A stretch of DNA of 64,000 bases from Candidatus Thorarchaeota archaeon (lineage in GTDB: Archaea; Asgardarchaeota; Thorarchaeia; Thorarchaeales; Thorarchaeaceae): positions 16,923 to 80,922 of the forward strand of contig RDNZ01000008.1 of the NCBI GenBank assembly GCA_011364905.1. Direction: 5' to 3'. The translations under genes were made by a program, and so were the position numbers. Shown here one piece after another: positions 43,783 through 53,586 of the stretch (the stretch's first letter is position 1; every line of letters begins with the position of its first letter). The notes below the pieces were generated by a model. It was not told the DNA's origin, did not search any database, and saw only the letters and a program-made list of their open reading frames with translations.

Positions 43783-45168
43783 ATGGAAGACCTAGCTCAG
43801 GCAGCCATCGATGCAGCTCTAAAAACCGGTGCAAGTTTCGCAGATGTCAGAATCGAGAATTCTACCACGACTATTATCGAACTTAACGATGGCATCACTC
43901 GACAGTCAATGGCTTCGCGGCTGAGAGGTGCTGGAATCCGTGCATTTGTCGACGGAGCATGGGCATTTGCTCAGACAACGAACCTGACGCGTGAGGGGCT
44001 GAAAGAAACCGCCGAATCCGTCGCCAAGCTTGCTATGGCTACTCGAAACAAAGTCGACGAGAGATTTTCAATTGATGGTCCCGTTTATGAAGACAAAGTT
44101 GAACTGAACGTTAGACGCCCTTTTGAAAGCGTAACGATTGATGAGAAGATGCAATTTGTCCAATTGATTGATAATCAGGCACGTGAGTTCGACCCGAGAA
44201 TCGTTTCTACGAGAACTATCTATGGCGAGTTGACCTCTGAACTATATATAGCCAATTCAATAGGAACGCGAGTTTATCTTCAAAATGCAATTCCAAGAAT
44301 AATCTCAGTACCAACTGCAAAGGACGGTCCAAATCGACAACGAATCCAACAGTCCATCAGTCTTCGAAGCGGGTTCGAAGAAATGGAAACAGAGGCTGCA
44401 CAGAACATTGGTGTGACAGCTGCGAAACTCGCTATCGCTCTCTTATCCTCTAAGGCCGCTGAGGGTGGGATGTATGATGTAGTCCTTGACCCAGCTCTAA
44501 ATGGTGTAGTGACTCATGAGGCGTTTGGCCATGCCACAGAAGCTGACAACTGGATCTCTCACTCGACTGTCCTTGAAGATAAAATCAACAAGAAGGTAGG
44601 TCCTGAATATCTCAGCATAAGCGACGATCCAACACTAGATGGCAAGCGTGGGTCAACAGAGTATGATTGGGAGGGGACCAAGACCAAGAAGCGGCATCTT
44701 GTGAAAGATGGAATTCTTACTGACCTACTTCATAGTCTAGAAACCTCAAGCCGGTTAGGTCTAGAACCTAATGGGGCGGCTCGCTCGCAGTCGTTCATGC
44801 ATGTTCCACAGCCTCGAATGAGCAACACTTTCATGGAGCCAAAGGACTGGGAGGTAGATGAACTCATTGAGGATACGAAGCAGGGGATTCTTCTTTGCAG
44901 TTTCAACTACGGCTATACGCAGAGTGCAAAAGGTCAGTTCATGTTTCAAGCAAGCTATGGATATGTTATCGAAAACGGAGAGAGAGGAACTATGGTCCGA
45001 GATGTATCGCTTGCAGGAAACATCCTCGATATACTAACAAGGATTGATGCGATTGGAAAAGACTTCGAGTTGGAGGCGGGGACATGTGGAAAAGATGGGC
45101 AGAGCGTTCCTACAATGACTGGGGGTCCACATGCTAGAATCAGACAGGTGCCCGTAGGAGGAATGTAA
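43783..45168 (+). CDS. tldD: TldD metalloprotease subunit
   Basis: ADVRIE, HEAFGHATEAD, PRMSNTF, CGKDGQ; ATG 43783 preferred to 43669. Confidence 0.92.
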   Translation: MEDLAQAAIDAALKTGASFADVRIENSTTTIIELNDGITRQSMASRLRGAGIRAFVDGAWAFAQTTNLTREGLKETAESVAKLAMATRNKVDERFSIDGPVYEDKVELNVRRPFESVTIDEKMQFVQLIDNQAREFDPRIVSTRTIYGELTSELYIANSIGTRVYLQNAIPRIISVPTAKDGPNRQRIQQSISLRSGFEEMETEAAQNIGVTAAKLAIALLSSKAAEGGMYDVVLDPALNGVVTHEAFGHATEADNWISHSTVLEDKINKKVGPEYLSISDDPTLDGKRGSTEYDWEGTKTKKRHLVKDGILTDLLHSLETSSRLGLEPNGAARSQSFMHVPQPRMSNTFMEPKDWEVDELIEDTKQGILLCSFNYGYTQSAKGQFMFQASYGYVIENGERGTMVRDVSLAGNILDILTRIDAIGKDFELEAGTCGKDGQSVPTMTGGPHARIRQVPVGGM

Positions 45169-45169
45169 A

Positions 45170-46519
45170 CTGAAGGAGCAGCTCCTTGAAATTGCAGAAT
45201 CTGCAGTGAGGTTGGCTGAAAAACTAGGGGCCTCGCAGGCTGAGGCTTATGTGGGTCAATCTCACGCTTTTTCCATAGAAGCTGAAAACTCCGCAATCCG
45301 AAATGCAGAGGAAACTGTTGATGCAGGGATTGGTATTCGAGCAGTCATAGACAAAAAGATAGGATTTGCGTTTGTCACCACGCTTTCAGATGATGATGTA
45401 CGTGAGGCTGTGGAAAAGTCAGTGATTCTTTCTAGAGCCTCAATACCCGATCCCGACTTTGTTAGTCTTCCGTCTGGTGACGACTCATATCAACCAGTCA
45501 ATGGTCTCTATGACAAGGAAATTGCTGCTCTCTCATCTGAAGAAATCGCTGACATGATAATTAGGGTGATAGATTCTTCCAGACAGGTTCTAGAAGGCCG
45601 AAGTTATGCAATTTCTGCTGGCGTGCAGAGTTCGTTCGGAGTAAATGCAGTTGTCAATTCATTAGGAATCTCATGCTCAGAATCACGGACATCACTGTTT
45701 CTAAGTTCATCTCCAGTAGTAAAGAGTGAGGACGACCAAACAACAAGTTATGATTTTCAATTGACTAGGGACCTCAGTGAAGCGAATCCGGAGCATGTGG
45801 GCGAAAGCGGCGCTGAACGAACACTTAGTTTACTTGGTCCAAGGATTATCGAAGGGGGCGAAATGCCTGTCGTCTTCGCTCCTCTAGGAGCCGCAACTGT
45901 CATAGGGAGAGGTTTTGCTGGTGCTGTGTATGCAGAGGAGGTCCAGAAGGGCCGCTCATATGTCAGCGACGCATTTGGCGATACCATCGCTTCCGAACAC
46001 CTTGAGATAGTGGACGATGCACTGTTGCCCTCTGGTTTGGGTTCAAGAACGTTTGATGCAGAAGGCTATCCATCGCAAAAGACATTGATAATAGAAAAGG
46101 GTGTATTGAAGGGACTACTTCACAACTCGTATACTGCAAACAAAGATAAAGTTCCGAATACCGGGAATGCTAGTAGGCCATCATATTCGGGTCTCCCTTC
46201 GATATCGACTTCTAACTTTATCATCAAACCAGGGAGTGGTACATTAGATGACTTGGTTTCTGAAATAGATAGGGGTGTTGTATGCAGAAACACTGCAGAC
46301 CGTCCGAATATGACCACTGGTGATCTCAGCGCGATGCTATATGAGGGATTTTACATTGAAAGAGGCGAAATAAAGCATCCACTCAAAAACACCCTTATTG
46401 GAATAAACATGCGTGACTTGCTGAAACGGGTCACCCGAGTCGGAAGTGATACAAGAACAACACTCGCAATGATCACTCCCTCGTTTGTAATTGAAAATGC
46501 CACAGTCACATCTGGCTAG
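45170..46519 (+). CDS. pmbA: TldE/PmbA subunit
   Basis: AEAY, GIGIRA, FDAEG, LHNSYTA, TGNASR; no HExxH; probable CTG start at 45170 (alternative GTG 45206). Confidence 0.9.
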   Translation: MKEQLLEIAESAVRLAEKLGASQAEAYVGQSHAFSIEAENSAIRNAEETVDAGIGIRAVIDKKIGFAFVTTLSDDDVREAVEKSVILSRASIPDPDFVSLPSGDDSYQPVNGLYDKEIAALSSEEIADMIIRVIDSSRQVLEGRSYAISAGVQSSFGVNAVVNSLGISCSESRTSLFLSSSPVVKSEDDQTTSYDFQLTRDLSEANPEHVGESGAERTLSLLGPRIIEGGEMPVVFAPLGAATVIGRGFAGAVYAEEVQKGRSYVSDAFGDTIASEHLEIVDDALLPSGLGSRTFDAEGYPSQKTLIIEKGVLKGLLHNSYTANKDKVPNTGNASRPSYSGLPSISTSNFIIKPGSGTLDDLVSEIDRGVVCRNTADRPNMTTGDLSAMLYEGFYIERGEIKHPLKNTLIGINMRDLLKRVTRVGSDTRTTLAMITPSFVIENATVTSG

Positions 46520-46520
46520 T

Positions 46521-48428
46521 TTACATACGCTTTACAACCGGGATGCCCAAGACGGTCAGGCAGTTTGCCATGGTTGTTTTGAATGCTCTTACTAATGCCA
46601 TTCTAGATGCCCTCACATTCGCCTCCGCCTTCAACACTGGACAAGAGTCATAGAACTTGCTGAAGAGGTTTGCAAGGCCATAGGCGTATGCCGTGAGTCT
46701 GTTTGAGGCAAAGCTTGTCCCCCACACGTTCTTCTTCAGGGATCTGGCAACCTCAAGAAGTTCCTCAGGAAAATGAGCAAGAGCTTTGACCAAAGCAAAC
46801 TCCGCGTCAGACACGAGAATTTTGAGGTCGGCATCGGATGCCACATCTTCACCTGCCTTTTCTAGTATTCTCTGAGCTCTTGCATGAGAATATTGGAGAT
46901 AAGGCGCTGCATCACCGTTGAAATCGAGAACCTCATTCCATCTGAAGGTGATCTGCCTATCAGGGGAAGCATTCAGCATGAAGTATCGAATTGCTCCTAC
47001 AGCTATCTGGCTGGCGACAGTGTCTTTGAATGTATCATCATCTTCTGGATTTCTCTTATCGACCTCGATTCTTGCTAGCTCTGTTGCCTTGTTTAGAACG
47101 TCATCAGTCGAATATCCAATCCAGGTTCCCTCTCTTCCAGAAAAGTCTGCATCGTCAAGTCCAACGAACTCGTAAGCGATATGATGTGAGTTCTCGCTTT
47201 CTTTTGAATACCCGAGTATATCAAGGACTGTGTAAACCATCTTCTGTGGGTGCGCCTGCCGAGAACCGATGACATTCATCACAACATCAAATTTGCCCAA
47301 CTTAGATTCCTTTCCTTTGAGGTCCGTTCGCATCACAGTTTTGCCGTTTGGTTGTTCCTCAAATTCTGAATACTTGAACGGATCTTCAATAATCCCAAAC
47401 TTCCAGAGCTGAAGGGCCACATCAGCCCCTGTATACGTCCTTGTACCATCAGACCTGAACAATATCTTGTATGGGTCCTTTAAGTCTTTGAACTCATCAA
47501 TGATTGAGAGGTCCGCAACTATACATCCTGCTTTTTCGCCTTCCTCAATCTTCAGTATGTTCTTCGACTTCAACATCATCTTCTTGGCAAGTTCAAGTAT
47601 GCCACTATGGGCTATTGCACTCTCCCAGACCTGATAGTCATGATAGATACCTAATCTGTATGATGTTTCATTTTGTGCTTTGAGACACCTTGTCACCATC
47701 TTTGCACTGAGCTTAGCTTCATCACTATTCAGCTCCTCGAGCTTCCTAGAAACTTCACGAACCTCTCTTTGAATGGTTTCACTACTGTCAAAGGCTTTCT
47801 GAACATCAACATATAGATGACCAAGCAAGTGGTCATATTTCATATCGCTTCTCTCATCCTCAACCTGCCTGAGTTTCCATATCAATTGTGCAATCTGAAG
47901 TCCGAGGTCATTAATGTAGTCTAGTCTTACGGCGTCATATCCAACCCAGTCGAGAATGTTGCAAAGAGTGTCCCCAAGAATCGCGTTTCTTGCATGTCCT
48001 ATGTGCCAAGGCTTGGAGGGATTGACAGCGGGATACTCAATTAGAGCTCGTTTTCCTTGGAATTCTTCACAACGTCCGTACTTGTGATCTAGTTCAAGGA
48101 TACTTCCCACTGTCAACTCTGCGAGTTGGCCTTGATCAATGAATATGTTGATGTAGGGTCCTTTTGTTGTGACCTCCTTTATCATTGACTCATGGCTTGC
48201 TCGCTCCTTGAGTTTCGGTAAGAAATCATTAACAACAGCTACCGGGTTCTTCTTGAGTTGTTTTGCCAACGCGAACGCAATTGTTGAAGCAAGGTCTCCC
48301 AGAGCAGAATCAGGAGGTCTCTCTATCGTTGCATCAACGACGTCCTGCGAAACTGAAAAGACGTCCGATAGTACTTTCACTAACGTTTGTCTAACTGTTT
48401 TCCAGGGGTTTGTGGAAATCTCGCTCAC
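46521..48428 (-). CDS. argS: Arginyl-tRNA synthetase
   Basis: GDLAS, GPYINI, NPSKPWHIGHARN, RSDGT, FSGREG, PYLQYSHAR, FYDSCPVL; GTG start with GGTGA SD. Confidence 0.95.
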   Translation of the reverse strand: MSEISTNPWKTVRQTLVKVLSDVFSVSQDVVDATIERPPDSALGDLASTIAFALAKQLKKNPVAVVNDFLPKLKERASHESMIKEVTTKGPYINIFIDQGQLAELTVGSILELDHKYGRCEEFQGKRALIEYPAVNPSKPWHIGHARNAILGDTLCNILDWVGYDAVRLDYINDLGLQIAQLIWKLRQVEDERSDMKYDHLLGHLYVDVQKAFDSSETIQREVREVSRKLEELNSDEAKLSAKMVTRCLKAQNETSYRLGIYHDYQVWESAIAHSGILELAKKMMLKSKNILKIEEGEKAGCIVADLSIIDEFKDLKDPYKILFRSDGTRTYTGADVALQLWKFGIIEDPFKYSEFEEQPNGKTVMRTDLKGKESKLGKFDVVMNVIGSRQAHPQKMVYTVLDILGYSKESENSHHIAYEFVGLDDADFSGREGTWIGYSTDDVLNKATELARIEVDKRNPEDDDTFKDTVASQIAVGAIRYFMLNASPDRQITFRWNEVLDFNGDAAPYLQYSHARAQRILEKAGEDVASDADLKILVSDAEFALVKALAHFPEELLEVARSLKKNVWGTSFASNRLTAYAYGLANLFSKFYDSCPVLKAEANVRASRMALVRAFKTTMANCLTVLGIPVVKRM

Positions 48429-48660
48429 TTGCGCTTCACCAGAAACGAGAGACAATCCACACTGACGCCTCATAAATGAAACGCTCAGACTTTAGTGATT
48501 GATATTTCCAATTTCTAACATACTAAGAGCAGCATTCTGGTGCAATTTCAAGGGTTAGCCGCAATATCAAAGAAGACCAAGATATGAAATCAATCATTAA
48601 TTATTCAAAGATTTGTTTGAATAGTCTACAAAGGCTTTATATTGGTTTTTGTGTGGGCAA

Positions 48661-48791
48661 TGGTGTTCGTTCGCCCGTCGAACGAATCACTGGCGCCGCA
48701 AACTGACAAGGATTCCCTCTACGCCAGAGGGAATCGATGCATTCGATTACCACACAGCTCTGACCGCAGCGCTGCCAATATGGTGGCCTGC
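48661..48791 (+). promoter_or_regulatory. Structured 5' leader (three hairpins) upstream of tfb
   Basis: TATA TTTATA at 48636-48641; stems TTCGTTCG/CGAACGAA (48666-48686), GATTCCCTCT/AGAGGGAATC (48711-48735), GCAG..GCTGCCA/TGGTGGC..CTGC (48766-48791). Confidence 0.5.
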
Positions 48792-49760
48792 ATGGAGATG
48801 ATTGGACTGGCCAGCAGACACTCAAAGACCCAAAAGAAAAGAGAGCGCATTGGTCCAGCTAGTTATGTCTGTTCTGCTTGCAACTGTGTTGACGTATACA
48901 TTGATCACACTCGTGGAGAAGTTATTTGTTCTAGTTGTGGCTTGGTTCTTTCAGACCGTTCTATAGACATGGGACCAGAATGGAGAGCCTTTACTGCTGA
49001 TGAGCAAAATGCACGACAGCGTGTAGGAGGCCCAACAGACTGGAGCAAGTTTGACCAAGGTCTAACTACTACCATCGGTCGACAGAATGTTGACGCATCC
49101 GGAAGAAAACTGACTTCAACACGAAGAGCAGAGATACATAGACTCAGGAAATGGCAGATTCGTACCAAGGTGCACTCTTCTGACAAACGCAACCTCGCAG
49201 TTGCGATGACAGAACTCCATAGAATAAGCTCTCAATTGAGCATCCCGTACTCGATTCGAGAGACCTCGGCCGTGATCTACAGGAAAGCCTTACGAAAGAG
49301 GCTGACCCGTGGTCGTACCATTCTTGGGATGATTGCAGCCTCTCTATATCTCGCGTGTCGTGTTCATCAGGTTCCACGACCTCTGGAGGAGATTGTTGAA
49401 CAGATACACATCACGCGAAAAGAACTCAGCCTTTGTGTTCGACTCATTCTACGCTATCTCAACCTTAAGATACCTCATAGCAACCCTGTTGAGTTTGTAC
49501 ATCGGTTCGGAACCGAGTTAGACCTCCCTGGTGAGGCGAAGAAGAAGGCTATCGATATCTTAGAGTTGGCGCGGGAGCAAAGACTTACCATCGGTAAGGA
49601 TCCCAAAGGAATGGCGGCTGCAGCAATCTATGTTGCTAGCATCCTCACAGGTGCTAGAAGGACCCAACTTGAGATTGCTAGAACCGCACGAGTGACTGAG
49701 GTCACCGTGAGGAACCGCTACAAAGAGATGGTTGAGAAGCTAGGCATCTCGACCACTTGA
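48792..49760 (+). CDS. tfb: Transcription initiation factor IIB (TFB)
   Basis: Zn ribbon CSAC...GEVICSSCG, IDMGPEWRAF, RLRKWQ, cyclin repeats, GKDPKGMAAA, VTEVTVRNRYKE; exact start uncertain (48780-48807). Confidence 0.95.
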   Translation: MEMIGLASRHSKTQKKRERIGPASYVCSACNCVDVYIDHTRGEVICSSCGLVLSDRSIDMGPEWRAFTADEQNARQRVGGPTDWSKFDQGLTTTIGRQNVDASGRKLTSTRRAEIHRLRKWQIRTKVHSSDKRNLAVAMTELHRISSQLSIPYSIRETSAVIYRKALRKRLTRGRTILGMIAASLYLACRVHQVPRPLEEIVEQIHITRKELSLCVRLILRYLNLKIPHSNPVEFVHRFGTELDLPGEAKKKAIDILELAREQRLTIGKDPKGMAAAAIYVASILTGARRTQLEIARTARVTEVTVRNRYKEMVEKLGISTT

Positions 49761-49765
49761 GCCAC

Positions 49766-49798
49766 AGAGGGGGATATCCCCCTCTTTCTCCCTTTTTC
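49766..49798 (+). terminator. Perfect 20-bp palindrome plus pyrimidine tract after tfb
   Basis: AGAGGGGGATATCCCCCTCT followed by TTCTCCCTTTTT. Confidence 0.7.
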
Positions 49799-49942
49799 GG
49801 ATTGTCATCCATTATTGTACTTTTCAGAGGATATTATCTTGGACAGGATTCACTGAATCGGGTGCAATATGAAATCTATTGAGATTCTCTATATTTCCCT
49901 CGTCGTATATAGGCTTATCATTGTAGGTTTCAACGGTATGAT

Positions 49943-50791
49943 GTGAGGAGTGAAATGTCCTTAAAACGATCCATACTCGGTGTTTGGCTCATTGAGCGAG
50001 GCAGCGGTAGGAATCTTGTTTCCAGATGCTATTCTGAAGCAGTAAAATTGGATATGGATCTAATTGCTCCATTCCTCTCAGCAACTCATACCTTTATTGA
50101 CAAAGCATCCAGTGAAACCCTAAAGACAGTAGATACCGAAACCAGCAGATACGTTTGGGAAGCCAACGATTATCTTCTCTTTGTCATGGTCGTTTCCAAA
50201 GCGGCTCGCCTTGGGCATATGCGTTTCATGCTTGAGTACGCTCTCAGCGAGTTTATGAACCGAGAGGTTCCTCAAAATTCTGACATCTCTACTGTGCTGA
50301 AGAATTGGCTAGGGTCTCCAAACACATTCAAGAAATTTGGAGACTTCATTGATGAGTTGGTGACTCAGTATGAGATCACTGATGAGAGTCTAGTGGCTGG
50401 AAAATCCATGGATTGTCTTGAGGTTTACAGCCATCTGTTTAGAGGCATTATGAGAGTGAAAGGCGGACAAAGGAAAAAGCAGGCAATTGTTAAACGCATG
50501 AAATCTCTTATAGAACCACTTTTGGACAGATATCCATTCCTCAATGAAGTCCCGATCGATGCAGCTGGAATTGAGGTTTTAAACATAGATGTCAATACCG
50601 TGGCGTACCAACATCTTCGCGACGCTTTGGAGGAGTTGCTCCGCCTTCTCGGAAAGGCTGTTCGTGAGATTGCCTCTGCCAAGGCATATCGGGATATGCT
50701 GTTTGACCATGTTATGCCCTATGTGAAACACGACATTATGAGGCTTCAAACCTATGCGATTCTTGATGACGTCGTCAGATATCTCTTCTAA
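49943..50791 (+). CDS. Longin-like domain protein with helical C-terminal domain
   Basis: ILGVWLIERGSGRNLVSRCY...DLIAPFLSATHTF...LLFVMVV, a typical Asgard longin pattern; start may be ATG 49955. Confidence 0.65.
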   Translation: MRSEMSLKRSILGVWLIERGSGRNLVSRCYSEAVKLDMDLIAPFLSATHTFIDKASSETLKTVDTETSRYVWEANDYLLFVMVVSKAARLGHMRFMLEYALSEFMNREVPQNSDISTVLKNWLGSPNTFKKFGDFIDELVTQYEITDESLVAGKSMDCLEVYSHLFRGIMRVKGGQRKKQAIVKRMKSLIEPLLDRYPFLNEVPIDAAGIEVLNIDVNTVAYQHLRDALEELLRLLGKAVREIASAKAYRDMLFDHVMPYVKHDIMRLQTYAILDDVVRYLF

Positions 50792-52132
50792 TCACTTCTC
50801 TAGGACTATGACTGCTCTTTGAACTATCTGTCCTCGTTTTCTTTCAGGAATCAGTTCTCGATTTGGTCTTATCTTCAGCCTGGTGTCGATATTCTTCCCA
50901 GTCTTGATAGATTCATCTGAAAGCATTCTATACAATCCAAGACCTGTGTTTTCTATCAATTTGTCAAACTCAATCGATATAGGACCGCCCACTGAGTTGA
51001 TTACAGGAATCGTCATTGCGACACGGCCATCAGGTCGAAGTATGGTAGAGATTTCTTTGAGTACCTCACGATAAAGAACCGTGAGTGATCTAATAGTCTC
51101 TGCAGCTTCCTTCATTGATGGTGGATTCTTGTATATTGGCCCCAGAGGAGGTTCAAAAGCAACCGCATCAATCTGTGTCTTGATTAAGGATGAGAGATTT
51201 CTTGAGTCTCCTTTAATAATATTGTAATCAAGCTTCTCGCCCAGATCATTAGCGAGCCATTTCAGATTTGATCTTGCACCCTGCACTTGGTCTCCATCAA
51301 TATCTACTCCTATGCACTTCATATCCAACAGCGCTGCTTCCATGAGTAGAGTTCCAGTCCCGCAGAACGGATCAAGGATTTTGTCTCTGGGCCTTGCTCC
51401 CGCGAGATTGAGTAGTGTTCTACAGATCTTAGGACTCGTGCTAATCTCTGCTGAAGTGAATGGTCTTGACTCGTCTCGATATTGCTGCAACATAGAATCG
51501 TAGACAATGTTTGTTCTTGCGATGTACAATTTCCTGTCAGAAAAAACAGCAAGTATTTCAGCATTGGGTGGCGACAACAAGGCATTCCGGGCTATGGTTT
51601 TAGGCCAGAGCGCAATATTCAGTCGCTTCTCTACACGTCTATCGGGTTTATTGTATAAGAAGTAGTCTGCTCTTCTTGCACCGTTTTCAATAAGGAGTTT
51701 CTTTACTTGATCATTCATTCCCTGTGCAAATCTTTTGAAATCGATAGGAAACCTACCATCAATGACGGGGTATGTACTAATGCCAAACCTGATCTTTTTC
51801 CCCTTCGCACTAGGCCAAACAATTCTGAGCCATGGACACTTCCGAATCTCCTTCAAATCCTCTTTACTGGCAACTCTCTTGGCTGCATATGCCTTAAGTG
51901 GAACATCAATATCATACTCCCAAATGACCTTGCCAATCTTATAAGCTCCTCCAAGTGCTGATTGCATGTCAATGATTTGATCTCTGTTTATTCGTTGCTC
52001 TACATCAATAATGGCGGCATGTCTTGAGTGGTCTATCAAGGTCCCAGCTAAGCCTCTGTCTTGGATATATACCAAGAGCTCCGCAATGCTGAGTAGCCAG
52101 TTTGAACCAAGTACAAATGCCAGTTTTGTCAT
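50792..52132 (-). CDS. Trm11/TrmG10-like RNA methyltransferase
   Basis: STSPKICRTLLNL, ILDPFCGTGTLLMEA, GVDID, degenerate FEPPLG. Confidence 0.75.
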   Translation of the reverse strand: MTKLAFVLGSNWLLSIAELLVYIQDRGLAGTLIDHSRHAAIIDVEQRINRDQIIDMQSALGGAYKIGKVIWEYDIDVPLKAYAAKRVASKEDLKEIRKCPWLRIVWPSAKGKKIRFGISTYPVIDGRFPIDFKRFAQGMNDQVKKLLIENGARRADYFLYNKPDRRVEKRLNIALWPKTIARNALLSPPNAEILAVFSDRKLYIARTNIVYDSMLQQYRDESRPFTSAEISTSPKICRTLLNLAGARPRDKILDPFCGTGTLLMEAALLDMKCIGVDIDGDQVQGARSNLKWLANDLGEKLDYNIIKGDSRNLSSLIKTQIDAVAFEPPLGPIYKNPPSMKEAAETIRSLTVLYREVLKEISTILRPDGRVAMTIPVINSVGGPISIEFDKLIENTGLGLYRMLSDESIKTGKNIDTRLKIRPNRELIPERKRGQIVQRAVIVLEK

Positions 52133-52983
52133 GTACTTCCTTTCTCCAGTTCCTCATGGAGGTATTTTGCGTAGAGCGCCCCCTGCAGTGGGTTTGTTGA
52201 CTCGCTTATAAACGTAGGATTGTAACCACATTCTCGAACAACCTCCAGCAGTGGCAAGATGTCGGGACCCCATTCTTCGCCAAGAGGCCGATGAGCAGCT
52301 TCTCCTTTTTCTGTGAATGTGATTCCACTGACATGGAAGTGCATGTTTTTCAAGAACAATTCGCCGAGTTCATTTTCAAATCGAGTAAGGACCTTGAGAT
52401 AGTTGTGTTTCTCTCCGAAGTCACCCTGACATCGTGCATAGATATGCGCCCAATCAATAGTGGGGATACAACCCTCTACATCTTGGCATAGGCGTATAAT
52501 TTGATCTATGGATCCATACGCGGACAACTTGCCTGCCGTTTCAGGAGCAAGGAATGCTTTCCCTTCTATATCATCTGTAGTTTCCCAGACAGACCTCAAT
52601 GCATCTCTAATTACTATGTGGGCTTCTTCCTTGGTCAAACCTCCCAAATAACCTGGATGAAACACAACTCGCTTCACATTCATCAAAGGCGCAAACCTCA
52701 GAGCCTTCCTTAATCGCTCTCTTGAGGTTTCACGTATGCGCTGTGTTCTTGATGCCAGACTAATGTAATAAGCAGCATGCAGACTCATTGAAACCCCTGA
52801 CTCTCTAGCCAAGTTTCCAATCATTATTGCTTTTGCCTTACTCGTCCTCAAACCGTGCACAGCCGCATACTCGAGTGCTGTCATTCCACTATCAACCAGA
52901 ATCTGGAAGACACGCTTTACACTACCCCGAGCATCACTTGGATAGCCTGCTGGACCAAAGAGAACCTTGTTCAGAAGCGTCAC
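52129..52983 (-). CDS. nfo: Endonuclease IV-family AP endonuclease
   Basis: FGPAG, SLHAAYYISLAS, VFHPG, PETAGK, IDWAHIYAR, HFHVSGI, ISES; GTG start in a GTGA overlap with the upstream stop. Confidence 0.85.
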   Translation of the reverse strand: MTLLNKVLFGPAGYPSDARGSVKRVFQILVDSGMTALEYAAVHGLRTSKAKAIMIGNLARESGVSMSLHAAYYISLASRTQRIRETSRERLRKALRFAPLMNVKRVVFHPGYLGGLTKEEAHIVIRDALRSVWETTDDIEGKAFLAPETAGKLSAYGSIDQIIRLCQDVEGCIPTIDWAHIYARCQGDFGEKHNYLKVLTRFENELGELFLKNMHFHVSGITFTEKGEAAHRPLGEEWGPDILPLLEVVRECGYNPTFISESTNPLQGALYAKYLHEELEKGST

Positions 52984-53489
52984 TCCTCCAAAGTGAACTC
53001 CCACTTGCAGTATGCGTCCTCTGGATGATCACCTGGAGGACAAAACACACACCGTGTCTTGATACGAGGATCAATTGCCTCTGCGAAGTATCTATACTCA
53101 ATCTCTCCCACTTGCCTACAAGGAAAGTCTGGAAGGCCTTTTCTGTGCCTAGCGACCTGAACTCTACACTCATTCATTGTGAAGTGTAAAGTGTTCTCAC
53201 CTACCCATTCAATCAACTGTTTGTTCAACTTGGCGTATACGCGGTACCCAAGAGCCTTTTCTAGTGCCTTGAGTCCTCCATTTGGAGGGATATCGAACTC
53301 TCTCATTATCCTCTGGGCCTCTATTGGAGAGAATATCTTCCAAGCTTCCTTGTCCATCTCGATTGCAGTTTCCATCCCAAACTTCTTCTCCAAAGCCAAG
53401 AAATACGCTCCATCCATGGCTTGCCAGGCTTTGGCATAAGCATCAATTATTTTCAATAACTGGTCTCTGGGGAGTTCGTCAAACATCAC
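52980..53489 (-). CDS. DUF6125-like / V4R-related protein
   Basis: WQAMDGAYF, CRVQVARHRKGLPDFPC, CVFCPP...CKWEF. Confidence 0.7.
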   Translation of the reverse strand: MMFDELPRDQLLKIIDAYAKAWQAMDGAYFLALEKKFGMETAIEMDKEAWKIFSPIEAQRIMREFDIPPNGGLKALEKALGYRVYAKLNKQLIEWVGENTLHFTMNECRVQVARHRKGLPDFPCRQVGEIEYRYFAEAIDPRIKTRCVFCPPGDHPEDAYCKWEFTLEE

Positions 53490-53586
53490 TTGTCCTCATT
53501 ATCCACCGGAAAGTCATCCAATATGAGTGATTAGGTTGAGTGTCTATTGCCCACAAGTCTTTAATTGAAGCGGGTGATGGAGAGCT

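Noticed and set aside
48642-48791. N-terminal extension of TFB given by the ORF track
   Set aside because: The TTG start abuts the TATA box, and the segment is hairpin-rich with no TFB-like sequence; better read as a leader
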